NCBI GenBank assembly: GCA_050633605.1
Contig: JBOEGV010000016.1
Span: 2,211 to 66,210, forward strand
Direction: 5' to 3'
Source: Neptuniibacter sp.
Lineage (GTDB): Bacteria > Pseudomonadota > Gammaproteobacteria > Pseudomonadales > Balneatricaceae
Length of the DNA: 64,000 nt
Shown here: positions 22,132 through 32,001 of the stretch, in pieces
Position numbering within the stretch: position 1 is the first letter of the stretch
How the letters are laid out: the number at the start of each line of letters is the position of its first letter
The notes under the pieces: generated by a model
Seen by the model: the letters and a program-made list of their open reading frames with translations, nothing else
Database searches by the model: none
What the model was told of the DNA's origin: nothing
Program-made: the position numbers and the translations under genes

Positions 22132-23805
22132 ATGTTCAGGAACCTGTCTATTGCAGCAAAGATTTCTGTATTAATCAGTCTGTTATTGTTACTGCTGATT
22201 ATTACATCGGCCTTTGCAGTCTATAAAATGAATCTGATTGGCAAAGAGATCAAAACCGTCCAATCGGAAGATATACCGCTCATTGAGCTGGTCTCAGATA
22301 TCACTATTAAACAGCTTGAAAAGAGCGTAGCCATCGAGAAATTACTTCGTATTTCCGGTGTTCAGAACTCCGACCACACAGTCGTAGAACTCAACGACTA
22401 TATCCATACACTTGCGAAACAGATCGATAGCGAGATAAAACAGGGTGAAGAGATCATTGCTGTTGCAAAAACTCATGCGCTTTCGCCGGAGCTGGAAAGT
22501 GAACTAGTCCAACTGGAGCTGGCACTGCTGGATATCGATAAATCTCATCAGAGTTACGAAACTAACGTTGAGAATATGCTCTTTGATCTGCAGGAAAACG
22601 GATATGTTTCTCCTGCTAAATTGCTTTCCATCGAAAAAACACAGGAAAACATTAACCACCACTTGGAAGATCTGCTTATTGGTGTCGAAACCATGACAGA
22701 ACACACTCTGGAAAAGGTTCATCATGATGAAGAGGTTGCACTATCCGTAATGATTGCAATGGGCATTGCCGCCATTCTGGTGGGTATCATCAGCGGCATT
22801 CTGATCACCCGTGCTATTTCAAAGCCTCTTAGTCATGCTGTAGAGATTACCGAACAACTGACAAAAGGTGATCTTACAGTAGAGATCGATGTGCATTCTC
22901 AGGACGAAACCGGTCGCTTACTGCTGGCTATGCAGGTTATGAGTAACCGCCTGACTGACATGATTTCCCAAATCGCAGCGGCAAGTAATCAACTTACGTC
23001 TGCCACAGAAGAGGTTGCCAACATTACAACGGATATTGCTGGCAATCTGGAAAACCAAACCAATCACCTGAATCAGACATCCTCCGCAATGTACGAAATG
23101 TCTCAAACTGTTAAAGAGGTAGCAGAAAACGCCTCGGAAGCTGCTGATTCCACGGTTCGCGTTGATACCGAAGCGAAACAGGGTCAAGGGGTGGTAAAAC
23201 AAGTTAATGTAGCCATGTCTGAACTTGCAACACAGATGCAAGCCACAAAAGAGAATATTAACACCCTTAATACAGAGACAGACAAAGTCGACGGCATTCT
23301 TGAGGTTATAACCGGCATATCTGAGCAGACCAATCTACTGGCATTGAATGCCGCTATTGAAGCGGCCCGTGCCGGTGAACAGGGACGAGGGTTTGCAGTA
23401 GTTGCTGACGAAGTCAGAACACTGGCATCCCGTACTCAGGATTCAATCACCTCCATCCAGCAACTGATCGACAAACTTAAGCAGGGCGCGCAATCCAGTG
23501 CCGATGCCATGCACCTTGGACATCAAAGTGCGGATAGCTCGCTTTCTCTGAGCCAACATGCAGAATCTGGTTTAAGGGAGATTACCGACGCTGTGGATGT
23601 AATCTCTAATATGAATACGCAAATTGCCAGCGCCACCCAACAACAAAGTGTGGTTGCCGAGCAGGTAAGCGATTCCTTAAACCAGCTGCAGGGCTCTGCA
23701 GACGGCATCAATTCCAGCGCTCAACAGGTTTCTGTGGCCAGTGAAGAGATCGCTCAACTATCCAACGAACTGAAGAAGTTGGTTTATCAGTTCAAGTTAG
23801 CCTGA
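22132..23805 (+). CDS. Methyl-accepting chemotaxis protein
   Basis: 2 TMs, [38 protein letters not shown]; paralogue of 72..1766. Confidence 0.95.
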   Translation: MFRNLSIAAKISVLISLLLLLLIITSAFAVYKMNLIGKEIKTVQSEDIPLIELVSDITIKQLEKSVAIEKLLRISGVQNSDHTVVELNDYIHTLAKQIDSEIKQGEEIIAVAKTHALSPELESELVQLELALLDIDKSHQSYETNVENMLFDLQENGYVSPAKLLSIEKTQENINHHLEDLLIGVETMTEHTLEKVHHDEEVALSVMIAMGIAAILVGIISGILITRAISKPLSHAVEITEQLTKGDLTVEIDVHSQDETGRLLLAMQVMSNRLTDMISQIAAASNQLTSATEEVANITTDIAGNLENQTNHLNQTSSAMYEMSQTVKEVAENASEAADSTVRVDTEAKQGQGVVKQVNVAMSELATQMQATKENINTLNTETDKVDGILEVITGISEQTNLLALNAAIEAARAGEQGRGFAVVADEVRTLASRTQDSITSIQQLIDKLKQGAQSSADAMHLGHQSADSSLSLSQHAESGLREITDAVDVISNMNTQIASATQQQSVVAEQVSDSLNQLQGSADGINSSAQQVSVASEEIAQLSNELKKLVYQFKLA

Positions 23806-24220
23806 GCCCACTCTTTGACAAGAAAACGGAGTGAAAGAACAGCCATGTTCGACTAGCTCCTATATTGATCTCATAGACCATAATTACCCCTTACCTTTAT
23901 GTACCCCCTGATTCGCTGAAAATTACATTGTACTTAGTATTACACCCACCGTTATCGGCCTGAACCTGCCACCAAACCACCAGATAAGCGACTTAAGTTT
24001 GTTCCTGTGACGCAACCTTGAAATTAACACTTAGCTACACTGTGTACCTCCGCCGGGTAGATATTCAGCTTGTTCCCAAATTCCACTTCCCTCTCAGGAA
24101 GTAACCCACCCGGTTTTATCTTCGCTCCTCGTAAGGATTGTCAGGGACAGCAGACCCTGCATCATTACTGGTAGACACCATCTACCTAGCTCTAAGGCTC
24201 CACATAGTTATGTGGTTTAT

Positions 24221-24248
24221 GCCCTCCAATTTTTGGAGGGCTTTTTTT
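24221..24248 (+). terminator. Intrinsic terminator ending a multi-hairpin intergenic segment
   Basis: GCCCTCCAA-TTT-TTGGAGGGC-TTTTTTT. Confidence 0.85.
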
Positions 24249-24303
24249 GTTTATTTACATCCAGAACCAAGACCCAGCCCGTTTGATAATAAGTTGTATG
24301 TGA

Positions 24304-25542
24304 TCAAACATTAAAAGCGGGTTTCATCAGTTGTTGCTCAGCCCGGCCTACCCCAACCTTCGTTGCAACCTCTTCCCACTTATTTACTGAATCCAGCACT
24401 TCGTCTTTAATCTGTTCAGCTTGTTTCTGACCCAGCTGGAAAAAATCTATAACCTCCATTGCCAAGTCATAATCGAGACGGTTGTCATCATCGGTAATAT
24501 TCAAATGCAGACCTGATGCCGGTGTAACCGGGTTTATATCGTAAGCAGGAGAAAGTAACCAACCTCCCTGGTTGTATATGAACCCATGATTGCGCAAGTG
24601 ATCATCCACGTTTGAGACAGCAATACTGAAAACAATACGTCGCCACAGCTGTTCCAAGTCAGCTTTGGTATTTGCTCCCTGATCTGTCAGGAACTGCGCC
24701 AACTCCAGGTAACTGGCATCATAATCACCATCGTAATAGCCGAGTTGAGTTAATGCAGAGGAAAAGTGCAAACGACTTGTATCCGTCCGATCAAAGCGTT
24801 TTGTCAAAAAGGTGTGATACTGATGATTGAATTTTTCCAAACGGCATTCAGACATCTGAATGCCTGCATCCGAAGCTAGTTTATAAGTTACAAACTCCCA
24901 TGCAGCTATATCATAGTCATCATGGTTGCTTGGAAACTTAGCAATCCAAAGCGCACCCTGCCCATCAACAACACAAGCTTTTGGTCTGGCCCCACCTAGA
25001 GATGATCCCGGTGAGATCAGCATATTCAACCACTTCGCATAATCCGGATCATCTAAGTCCTCGGCCCCTTCCACTTTCTGGGCGGCATGTTCTAACTCTC
25101 GCAGTGAAGAGATGGGGGGAGCGGCCAGATCAGCATTGTCATCCAGAAAATTACCTGCAGGATCAAGCTTAAAACGCAGCCCACCCATGCGATACATATC
25201 GTGAACACCGAGCAGATAGTCCACTTCATTTAAGACTCTCGGTTTATCACCACTCCTTCGGGCTATAACCGTCTCGCGTCGTTTCATTAGCAAGCGTCCC
25301 CATCGGTCGGGGCATGAATCTAAAAAAACACGAAAGTTTTGCTGCTCCTCATTATGCTGGTCCCCAGCATATAGCTGTAGTTCAGGATCAATTTGTTGAG
25401 CAAAACCTGATTGCAGCCAATCGCTGTCATACGCGAAGCTGAAATGTTCTTTTCTCTTTACAACATCTGAACGCAGTATTCCCACCAAAACAGGTTCATC
25501 AAACTCGTCCCAGCCTGCGTACACATAAACATCCTTGCTCAT
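24304..25542 (-). CDS. hipA: HipA family toxin kinase
   Basis: PDRWGR, GSSLGGARPKA, WIAKFP, RFDR, NVDDHLRNHGF, LSPAYDINP. Confidence 0.92.
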   Translation of the reverse strand: MSKDVYVYAGWDEFDEPVLVGILRSDVVKRKEHFSFAYDSDWLQSGFAQQIDPELQLYAGDQHNEEQQNFRVFLDSCPDRWGRLLMKRRETVIARRSGDKPRVLNEVDYLLGVHDMYRMGGLRFKLDPAGNFLDDNADLAAPPISSLRELEHAAQKVEGAEDLDDPDYAKWLNMLISPGSSLGGARPKACVVDGQGALWIAKFPSNHDDYDIAAWEFVTYKLASDAGIQMSECRLEKFNHQYHTFLTKRFDRTDTSRLHFSSALTQLGYYDGDYDASYLELAQFLTDQGANTKADLEQLWRRIVFSIAVSNVDDHLRNHGFIYNQGGWLLSPAYDINPVTPASGLHLNITDDDNRLDYDLAMEVIDFFQLGQKQAEQIKDEVLDSVNKWEEVATKVGVGRAEQQLMKPAFNV

Positions 25543-25856
25543 CGTAATTTCCCTTGCATCTTAATATCCTGAAGCTTCCGCCCTAATTGATCATCACTGG
25601 CAACTTTAGCCAAATCATCAACCAACCCAATCACACTCAATACTGCCACATAATGACCAATTGATACTGTCGGGTCGCCATTTTCTATCTTGCGTATAGT
25701 TAGGCGGCTTAGGCCTGTTCGCTCGGCAACCAGTGACTGAGAGTACCCCCTGCGTTTACAGGCCAGTTTAATGTTTTCCCCCATTTCGGAAAGCGCCTTT
25801 TGATTCTTTGGAAACACCGCGGCACGGCGCTTGTTTTTATCTGAGATACTGGTCAT
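25539..25856 (-). CDS. XRE-family HTH antitoxin (HipB-like)
   Basis: GENIKLA.KRR..SQ..VAERTGLSR.TI.KIE.G; ATGA overlap with hipA. Confidence 0.85.
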   Translation of the reverse strand: MTSISDKNKRRAAVFPKNQKALSEMGENIKLACKRRGYSQSLVAERTGLSRLTIRKIENGDPTVSIGHYVAVLSVIGLVDDLAKVASDDQLGRKLQDIKMQGKLR

Positions 25857-25860
25857 TACA

Positions 25861-25934
25861 ATTACCAATTGTTTTCTATTTGGTAAATATAGTGACCATT
25901 TTAAAATTAGTAAAGGATTAATATGATCACTATA
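25861..25934. promoter_or_regulatory. Candidate HipB operators
   Basis: TACCAA...TTGGTA and TATAGTGACCAT (25888-25899) / ATGATCACTATA (25923-25934) inverted repeats upstream of the antitoxin. Confidence 0.45.
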
Positions 25935-26094
25935 GTTATCATTTTTTGAATATTTGGTATCTGTAAGTTCCAATTAGATAAGAAAGTACTTCTAAAATTT
26001 GAAAAGAATTATTGACTGTCATGGTGTTTAAAACTGTCTAATTAACAAACAGCTTTAACGCAGCTGATGCTTTTACAAGCAGGGATTATTTTAG

Positions 26095-26742
26095 TTACTT
26101 AATCACAATTGATGAAAGTAGCTTTCTTGGATCTCTTAAGCGGCTTACCACCAGCGCAGCAAAGATCAGTGCACAGCCGATGAGTTGCATGAGGCTCATA
26201 CGCTCGGCGAACCAGACAGTAGCGAGAGTGGCGACCCAGACAGGTTCTAGTGTCATGATCAGGGCGGCGTTGCTGGCAGGGGCTTTGCCTTGTGCCCAGG
26301 TTTGTAGGAATAAACGTATGCTTGTTGCAATAAGTACGCTGGCAAGTAGCCAGAGCCATATTTCGGTGGGGGGACTGAGGTACCAGGGTTCGATCATCAG
26401 GGCTGAAATGATTAATACACCTACTCCAACACAGAGCAGTTGGATAAAGGTGAGTGGCATTAGCGGTACACGGGTCGCGGCGCGGCTGTTGAGCACAAAG
26501 TACAGGGCAAAAAATAACGCAGCGATCAGGAAGGCGAATTCGACGGTGCCGAAACCGACTGCGCTGTCCAATGAAAGTGCGGCTAAACCCGCAATGGAAA
26601 CCGGCAGTGCAAACCAGACATTTCGACTGGGTCTGTCGCCAAAGAACAGAGTCACCATGGGCACAAGAATCACACACAGACTGGTGATAAAAGCCCCTAC
26701 TCCGATATGTTTGGTGAAGTAGAGACCAAAGATCCAGAACAC
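26095..26742 (-). pseudogene. 5'-truncated DMT/EamA transporter
   Basis: AFITSL.VILVP and AALIMTLEPVW motifs; starts mid-first repeat with an in-frame TAG four codons upstream and no RBS. Confidence 0.75.
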
Positions 26743-26744
26743 TA

Positions 26745-26795
26745 GGTAGGACTAAGCAGATTATTCGCAGTAAAGCTGCTCACCCTTCGGGTCGT
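26745..26795 (-). repeat. tRNA 3'-end remnant plus GC-rich hairpin spacer (att-like or tRNA-linked repeat)
   Basis: Minus strand AAT-CTGCT-TAGTCCT-A-CC fits T-loop end, 5-nt T-stem, 7-nt acceptor strand, discriminator and CC. Confidence 0.5.
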
Positions 26796-26998
26796 TGTGA
26801 TCTAGTGATGTTATTGACACGTATATGCGGGATATTCCGATATTAAATGGGATTAAATGGAATACCCGTGATACGTGGGCTGGAAAGAAATACATCAATG
26901 ATCTGCGCGGCGTTAGACGCTTTGCAATTTTGCGATTTTTGAAACGGCTATTCAGATAGACTTGCACCTTTATTGTCATAGTGGACAAAAAAGGCGCA
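26796..26998 (+). repeat. Prophage left end (attL) with transposase-binding sites
   Basis: TGTGATCTAGTGATGTTATTGACAC aligns in register with the reverse complement of the right end; related copies at ~26929-26945 and 26984-26998 (GACAAAAAAGGCGCA). Confidence 0.6.
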
Positions 26999-27011
26999 AG
27001 ACAACCCAAAG

Positions 27012-27710
27012 TCAGTATCTTGGGTTAGGGTCATCGGTAAACTCACAAGATGCACACTCAAAATATACTTCGCTCGTTTTACCGTATCTATCGGTATAGA
27101 AGCCTTTAATTTCACCCCTTCCGAAATTAGAGAAACGACTAGCTAACCTAAAATCTTTTCCATACTTGGCTAATGATCTGGTTTCGGTCGCATTTAAAAA
27201 GAAATAACCATCCTTATCCAATACAGAATCTCTGTGGATGACAAGTTTAGCTTTTTTATCTACAGACAAATTTCCTACATTCTTACCATCAAAGAATACA
27301 TAGTGTTTTTCAGGAATACGTACGTTAGTTACAGCTTGGGCAGCGTCCCCTTTTGGACCAGCGGGGCCTCTGAAACGCGTGTCAGCATGGAGGGTTTCTA
27401 TCAACTGCTTACTTACAACTAACTCTTTTGTTAACGAGTGAGTGAAGTTTTCATCTGTTGATAGCTTCTGCACAAGGGTATTAATTGATTTGTCGTCTAT
27501 CTTAATTTCATCCTTAAATTTTCCAGATTTCTCCATTTTCTCTAATAAAGTTTCCCTGATTGGATGATCATCAACAATTAATCTTGCTACTTCTTGTATT
27601 TGACTATCGGTCAGTTTTTTCTCGAAAACTCCCAAATAACTCGCACCAGCACCAAGAACAATGGTCGTTAATACACCACTGATAATACCAATCTTAACTT
27701 CATTACCCAC
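27012..27710 (-). CDS. Membrane-anchored cargo protein with short collagen-like GPAGPKGD
   Basis: 232-aa AT-rich ORF, N-terminal TM, GGGGG RBS, downstream of repressor. Confidence 0.7.
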   Translation of the reverse strand: MGNEVKIGIISGVLTTIVLGAGASYLGVFEKKLTDSQIQEVARLIVDDHPIRETLLEKMEKSGKFKDEIKIDDKSINTLVQKLSTDENFTHSLTKELVVSKQLIETLHADTRFRGPAGPKGDAAQAVTNVRIPEKHYVFFDGKNVGNLSVDKKAKLVIHRDSVLDKDGYFFLNATETRSLAKYGKDFRLASRFSNFGRGEIKGFYTDRYGKTSEVYFECASCEFTDDPNPRY

Positions 27711-27756
27711 AAATACCCCCCCTTATATCCCTTTGTATTCAAAAGGTTAAATAACC

Positions 27757-28488
27757 TTAAACGTCCTTCCCTATCCAAACCACCCTTCCAATCACTTCCA
27801 GGTCATCTGCTTCGTTAGGTTCAACTTGCTGTTCTTTGTATTCTTTATTGTCGCTGAGTAGCAGGATTCCCTTATTCCACAGCGTTTGGACACGTTTCAC
27901 GATGAGGTGGCTGTTTGTCCTGATTACATAGATATGGCCGTCTTTAAGCTCTTTTTGGCTTGTATCGATCATCAACGTGTTGTTATCGCTGATTGTTGGC
28001 TCCATTGAGTCACCATCGGCAAATACTAAGGCTAGGTCTTTTTCTTTCAGCCCTTTGTATTTAAGCCACTTATGGCGGAATGCGAGCTTGCGAGTTGGTG
28101 TTTCGTCGGATGGCAACGCACCCGACCCTGCAGATACCTGGATGTTATAGCCTGGGATTAAAGCAAACTCTGACATCTCAGGATCGTGTGCACCACCCCC
28201 AGCTTCTTGGTGTAGACGCATAGCTCCTTCACCAGTCACTAGCCATAAGACATTTACTGCCCCTGCTAAAGCCATTAAGACAGCTTTATCAATAGTCGGA
28301 AACGAATCCCCCTTCAAGTACTTACGAATGACACCCTCAGATAAACCAGCTCTAGATGCGTACATACGTACGCTTCCTACTTCTTCCACTACTTTTTCAA
28401 GGCGTTTGGGGAATTGCACGATTCCATCCTGGAGAATCGTGCGCTGCGCCCGTTTTAAATCCTCTGAATGACTATCGCTATAACTCAT
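27757..28488 (-). CDS. Phage repressor (XRE HTH + S24 peptidase)
   Basis: HTH, VSAGSG cleavage region, GDSMEPTI, VKRV, VIGRVVWIG. Confidence 0.92.
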   Translation of the reverse strand: MSYSDSHSEDLKRAQRTILQDGIVQFPKRLEKVVEEVGSVRMYASRAGLSEGVIRKYLKGDSFPTIDKAVLMALAGAVNVLWLVTGEGAMRLHQEAGGGAHDPEMSEFALIPGYNIQVSAGSGALPSDETPTRKLAFRHKWLKYKGLKEKDLALVFADGDSMEPTISDNNTLMIDTSQKELKDGHIYVIRTNSHLIVKRVQTLWNKGILLLSDNKEYKEQQVEPNEADDLEVIGRVVWIGKDV

Positions 28489-28516
28489 TGATAAACCTCA
28501 AGTTAATACACAGAGT

Positions 28517-28588
28517 GCGTACAAATATAAAAATAATGAATCGTGCGCGTATTTTTGTGTTGCTATGCGCATATTTGTAAGCTAATCT
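28517..28588 (+). promoter_or_regulatory. Early promoter and operator region
   Basis: TTGCTA(28560)-17-TAATCT(28583); inverted pair GCGTACAAATAT (28517) / ATATTTGTAAGC (28571), the second inside the spacer. Confidence 0.6.
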
Positions 28589-28648
28589 AGTTACAGAATC
28601 TGGCGACCAAGACAGATAAATAAAACTAGTTAGCAAAAGGGCAAAAAA

Positions 28649-28942
28649 ATGAGCAAGACAAAAGCTCGCTCAAGCACACAAAAATCCGACTGGCACCGCG
28701 AAGATATCAAGGCTGCAATTCGGAAAAAATCCGAAATGAGCGTTGCCGCTTTTGCCAAACAAAGCGGTTATAAAAATCCAGCAACGTTCTACAACGTTTT
28801 CAAAATGCCTTACCCGAAGATTGAGCGGATTATCGCCGAGCTTCTTGAGGTAGAGCCTTATGTTATTTGGCCTTCGCGTTATGCAAATCGTAGCACAAAA
28901 AATAGCGAATTTATTGGCATAGCCACTACTCGGGTTGCTTGA
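28649..28942 (+). CDS. ner: Ner-like transcriptional regulator
   Basis: DWHREDIKAAIRK...YPKIERIIAELL...P..IWPSRY; divergent from repressor. Confidence 0.9.
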   Translation: MSKTKARSSTQKSDWHREDIKAAIRKKSEMSVAAFAKQSGYKNPATFYNVFKMPYPKIERIIAELLEVEPYVIWPSRYANRSTKNSEFIGIATTRVA

Positions 28943-29051
28943 ACTCATCAGTTTCCCCATCTGTGTTTTTCTCAGCTTAAAAGCGGAAACGCTAATGGAA
29001 CAGATGCAGTAATTATTTTTATTTGGACAACGTAGTAACTAAGGAAAACCA

Positions 29052-29516
29052 ATGGCTCGCATGAATTGGAAGCGCCAACGCGCAAGAAGCCTAAGACACG
29101 GTACGGAACTGTGTATTGCTTACGCCAAGGACGCGCATAACCGCAGTGTGGAAACCATTGCAGAGATGATGGGTGAAGAGAGCCATTGGACGCTTTATAA
29201 GTGGATGGAATCTGGACGGATGCCTGCCGTAAAAATCCGCGCATTTGAACATGCCTGTGGTGCTGACTTTGTTACCAAATACCTTGCTCACAGTGCCGGT
29301 TACCTGGTTATTGAGATCCCTAAAGGGAAGACGGTGAAGCATAAAGCGTTGAACGAGCTGGGCGCATATACGCATGAAGTACTTGGCGCGCTGCTCTCTT
29401 TTTATGAAGACCACGAAGGTGCCGAACAGGTAAAGCAGGCTGTAACCCTGCTCATTGAAGACCTGGCATATCAGCGTGGAAATATTGAGAAATATCAGCA
29501 GCCGGAGCTGCTGTAA
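29052..29516 (+). CDS. Conserved Mu-like early regulatory protein (HTH-like)
   Basis: AAGGA RBS, LYKWMESGRMP and FEHACG motifs, position between ner and transposase. Confidence 0.7.
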   Translation: MARMNWKRQRARSLRHGTELCIAYAKDAHNRSVETIAEMMGEESHWTLYKWMESGRMPAVKIRAFEHACGADFVTKYLAHSAGYLVIEIPKGKTVKHKALNELGAYTHEVLGALLSFYEDHEGAEQVKQAVTLLIEDLAYQRGNIEKYQQPELL

Positions 29517-29527
29517 GGAGTATCCAA

Positions 29528-29773
29528 ATGTCAAAAACAGCTATTTTTCCTGCGAGTTACGTAGCCGCTCAGCGAGAAAAGCGACGTTCTCTGCAAGCGC
29601 GTCGAATTCGGCAACAAGCACTTCAGAAGCAGGTCCATCCAACTCGTTTGCTTGGCGAGAAAGAAACCATTGAGCTTCAGCAATTCCCTGATCCTGAAGG
29701 TGAGAAAGTGCCCAGCTTAGCGTTATCTGGAGAGCATCAATCCGATGATTCTGCTCTTCCAGTTGATGCTTAA
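29528..29773 (+). CDS. Hypothetical phage protein
   Basis: TAAGGAG RBS, co-oriented with early operon; overlapped by an antisense ORF. Confidence 0.45.
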   Translation: MSKTAIFPASYVAAQREKRRSLQARRIRQQALQKQVHPTRLLGEKETIELQQFPDPEGEKVPSLALSGEHQSDDSALPVDA

Positions 29774-29801
29774 GGATTTCTATTTCAGTTAGGTCAACCA
29801 T
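29541..29801 (-). CDS. Hypothetical antisense-oriented helical protein
   Basis: AAAGGA RBS before ATG 29801; amphipathic 86-aa product. Confidence 0.5.
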   Translation of the reverse strand: MVDLTEIEILKHQLEEQNHRIDALQITLSWALSHLQDQGIAEAQWFLSRQANELDGPASEVLVAEFDALAENVAFLAERLRNSQEK

Positions 29802-29890
29802 TTTTCGTCCTTTGTTGGTTTGGTGGAACTTCCAACTATAGGGGAATCGGGGGCTGGGTTCAGCCCCCACTTAAAGGAAGAAATAGAGTT

Positions 29891-31960
29891 ATGAAACAGT
29901 GGTATACAGCTATAGAAATAGCAGAAGCAATGGCTGTTGATAGAACAACTATCAAACGTAGAGCAGAGCGGGAAAGCTGGGAAAGCCAAGCACGAGCTTT
30001 TGGTAAAGGCTGCGAATACCACATTGCCAATCTACCAACCGAAGCCCGTAAAGCGTTAGAAGCTCAGCAAATTAACGACCTAATGCCGCGCTTGCATGAA
30101 TCCAAGGCTCTGGCGGTAAAGCCTGCATCTAGCCAGCAGACAGGCTTGAACGAACGCCAGCGCAGTACTGCGGATTCCCGCGCTACCGTTATCACTGCTA
30201 TTAAAGCAATGGCAGATCTGGGAGTTACCCAAGAAGCGGCTATCACGACTTTATTGTCACAAGCTGTTACGGGAGCGTTAGCTGAAACCAATCCTGTTCT
30301 GGACAAAGCCCTGCAGCTGGCTAAAGACCCTCGCGGTAATTCAGACAGCAACTACCCCAGCGCTCGCAGTATCAAGCGTTGGCTGGCTAAAGAACCAACC
30401 AAACTGGCTCCAGAATCCAAGCGTGAACTTAAGATTCCTGAATGGGCTAACGATTTTCTGCTTTGTTGGCAGCGTCCAGAAAAACCAAGTGTAGAACACG
30501 CATACCGCCAGTTTGTGGCCTTCTACCAAGAAGGTGAAACACCACCAAGCATTCATTCTGTACGTCGTTTTATTAAGAAAATGGGCAATGTATCCAAAGA
30601 GCGTGGCCGTATGGGTGCCCGTGAACTGAAAAACATACTCCCGTTTGTTCGCCGCGACTTCAGCAGTCTACTACCTGCAGACGTATACAGCGCAGATGGC
30701 CACACCCACGACGGCGAAGTGCAGCACCCGTTCCACGGTCGCCCCTTTCGTCCAGAGATCACCACGTTTATCGATATCGGTACTCGTCGAGTAGTGGGTG
30801 TTTCGGTAGACCTTGCAGAGAGCAGTATTGCTGTACTGGATGCCCTTATCAGCTCATGCACCCAGGCTGTACCAGCTCTTATTTATGTTGATAACGGTGG
30901 CGGTTATGTAAACGCCATGCTGAAAGATGAAGCCACCGGCGTTATGGCTCGCCTGGGTAGCACAATGACCCACTCTCTACCTTATAGCTCACAAGCACGT
31001 GGCGTGATTGAACGTGTACACCAGACGCTATGGGTTGATGCGGCAAAAGGCTTAAACGGTTTTGTCGGTAAAGATATGGACCAGGAAGCCAGGCACGAAC
31101 AGTTCAAACTCAGCCGTAAGGCAGTAAAACAAGGCGGCACTATGCCACTGATGGGATGGGAAGCCTTCCTGCAGACAGTGAACGAGAGGATTAATTGGTA
31201 CAACAGCCGTCCACACAGCACCCTGCAGAAGATCACCGATGAACAAGGAAAACGCCGCCATCAAACTCCAGACGAACTGTGGAACCAGTACAGAAATCAA
31301 GGCTGGGAGCCAATCACGCTAACAGGTGACGATGCCGCCCAGGTATTCCGACCACGTACCACACGTACCGCCAATCGCGGTGAAATTAAGTTCATGAGCA
31401 ACATCTACTTCAGCCATGACCTAACCGAATGGCACGGCGAGCAGATACATATCGCCTATGACATCAACGACCCGCAATTCATCTGGGTTTATGAACCAGA
31501 AACCGGCGTTCTCATTACTAAAGCAGAGCTTAACGGTAACCGTCAGGACTACATGCCAAAGAGTGTGATTGAGCAAGCCCGTGAAGGTCGCGCCAAAGGC
31601 CGTCTGCGTCGCCTAGAAACAAAGGTAGAAGAAGTAGAAGCAGAGCTTAACGGCCGCCCGGCATTGGAACAGGAAGCGCCTGTTTATATCCCAGGCATCG
31701 GTGCGATTACTCCTGACCTAATCAATAGCCACAACCAAATTGAAGAAGCCGAGCTGATCGAAACGTCAGCAGAGCAAACCCTACAAAACATGAATTCTGC
31801 AGAACGCATCGACTTATACCAGGCATACCAGAACGGTAAAGCGGTACCAGAACATCACAAATTTTGGGTTAAGACATACGGGAAAAGTAAGGAATACAGC
31901 GCTTGGGCACGGCGCTATGAGGATGAACAGGAGATGGGATCAGAGGCTCGAACCCTCTGA
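29891..31960 (+). CDS. Mu-type DDE transposase (MuA)
   Basis: N-terminal Mu HTH, ADGH, YVDNGGGY, ARGVIER, YNSRPHSTL, Mu C-terminal domain. Confidence 0.95.
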   Translation: MKQWYTAIEIAEAMAVDRTTIKRRAERESWESQARAFGKGCEYHIANLPTEARKALEAQQINDLMPRLHESKALAVKPASSQQTGLNERQRSTADSRATVITAIKAMADLGVTQEAAITTLLSQAVTGALAETNPVLDKALQLAKDPRGNSDSNYPSARSIKRWLAKEPTKLAPESKRELKIPEWANDFLLCWQRPEKPSVEHAYRQFVAFYQEGETPPSIHSVRRFIKKMGNVSKERGRMGARELKNILPFVRRDFSSLLPADVYSADGHTHDGEVQHPFHGRPFRPEITTFIDIGTRRVVGVSVDLAESSIAVLDALISSCTQAVPALIYVDNGGGYVNAMLKDEATGVMARLGSTMTHSLPYSSQARGVIERVHQTLWVDAAKGLNGFVGKDMDQEARHEQFKLSRKAVKQGGTMPLMGWEAFLQTVNERINWYNSRPHSTLQKITDEQGKRRHQTPDELWNQYRNQGWEPITLTGDDAAQVFRPRTTRTANRGEIKFMSNIYFSHDLTEWHGEQIHIAYDINDPQFIWVYEPETGVLITKAELNGNRQDYMPKSVIEQAREGRAKGRLRRLETKVEEVEAELNGRPALEQEAPVYIPGIGAITPDLINSHNQIEEAELIETSAEQTLQNMNSAERIDLYQAYQNGKAVPEHHKFWVKTYGKSKEYSAWARRYEDEQEMGSEARTL

Positions 31961-32001
31961 TCCCTGTGCCCACCAATCTTGCAATACGGAGCAAAGAAAG
32001 T

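Noticed and set aside
24045-24248. CsrB/RsmZ-type sRNA
   Set aside because: Too few GGA motifs, mostly in stems, and no clear GacA box; kept only as a generic sRNA candidate
26742-26796. Prophage insertion as the direct cause of the DMT truncation
   Set aside because: The best attL lies ~50 bp from the break, with a tRNA-like remnant in between
26099-27009. ORFs 26099..26677, 26180..26722 and 26761..27009
   Set aside because: Shadow frames of the DMT gene, or spanning the phage end, without RBS or recognisable motifs
27743-27758. AAGGTTA-AA-TAACCTT as a third late-activator site
   Set aside because: Half-sites are in the opposite arrangement and no late gene follows
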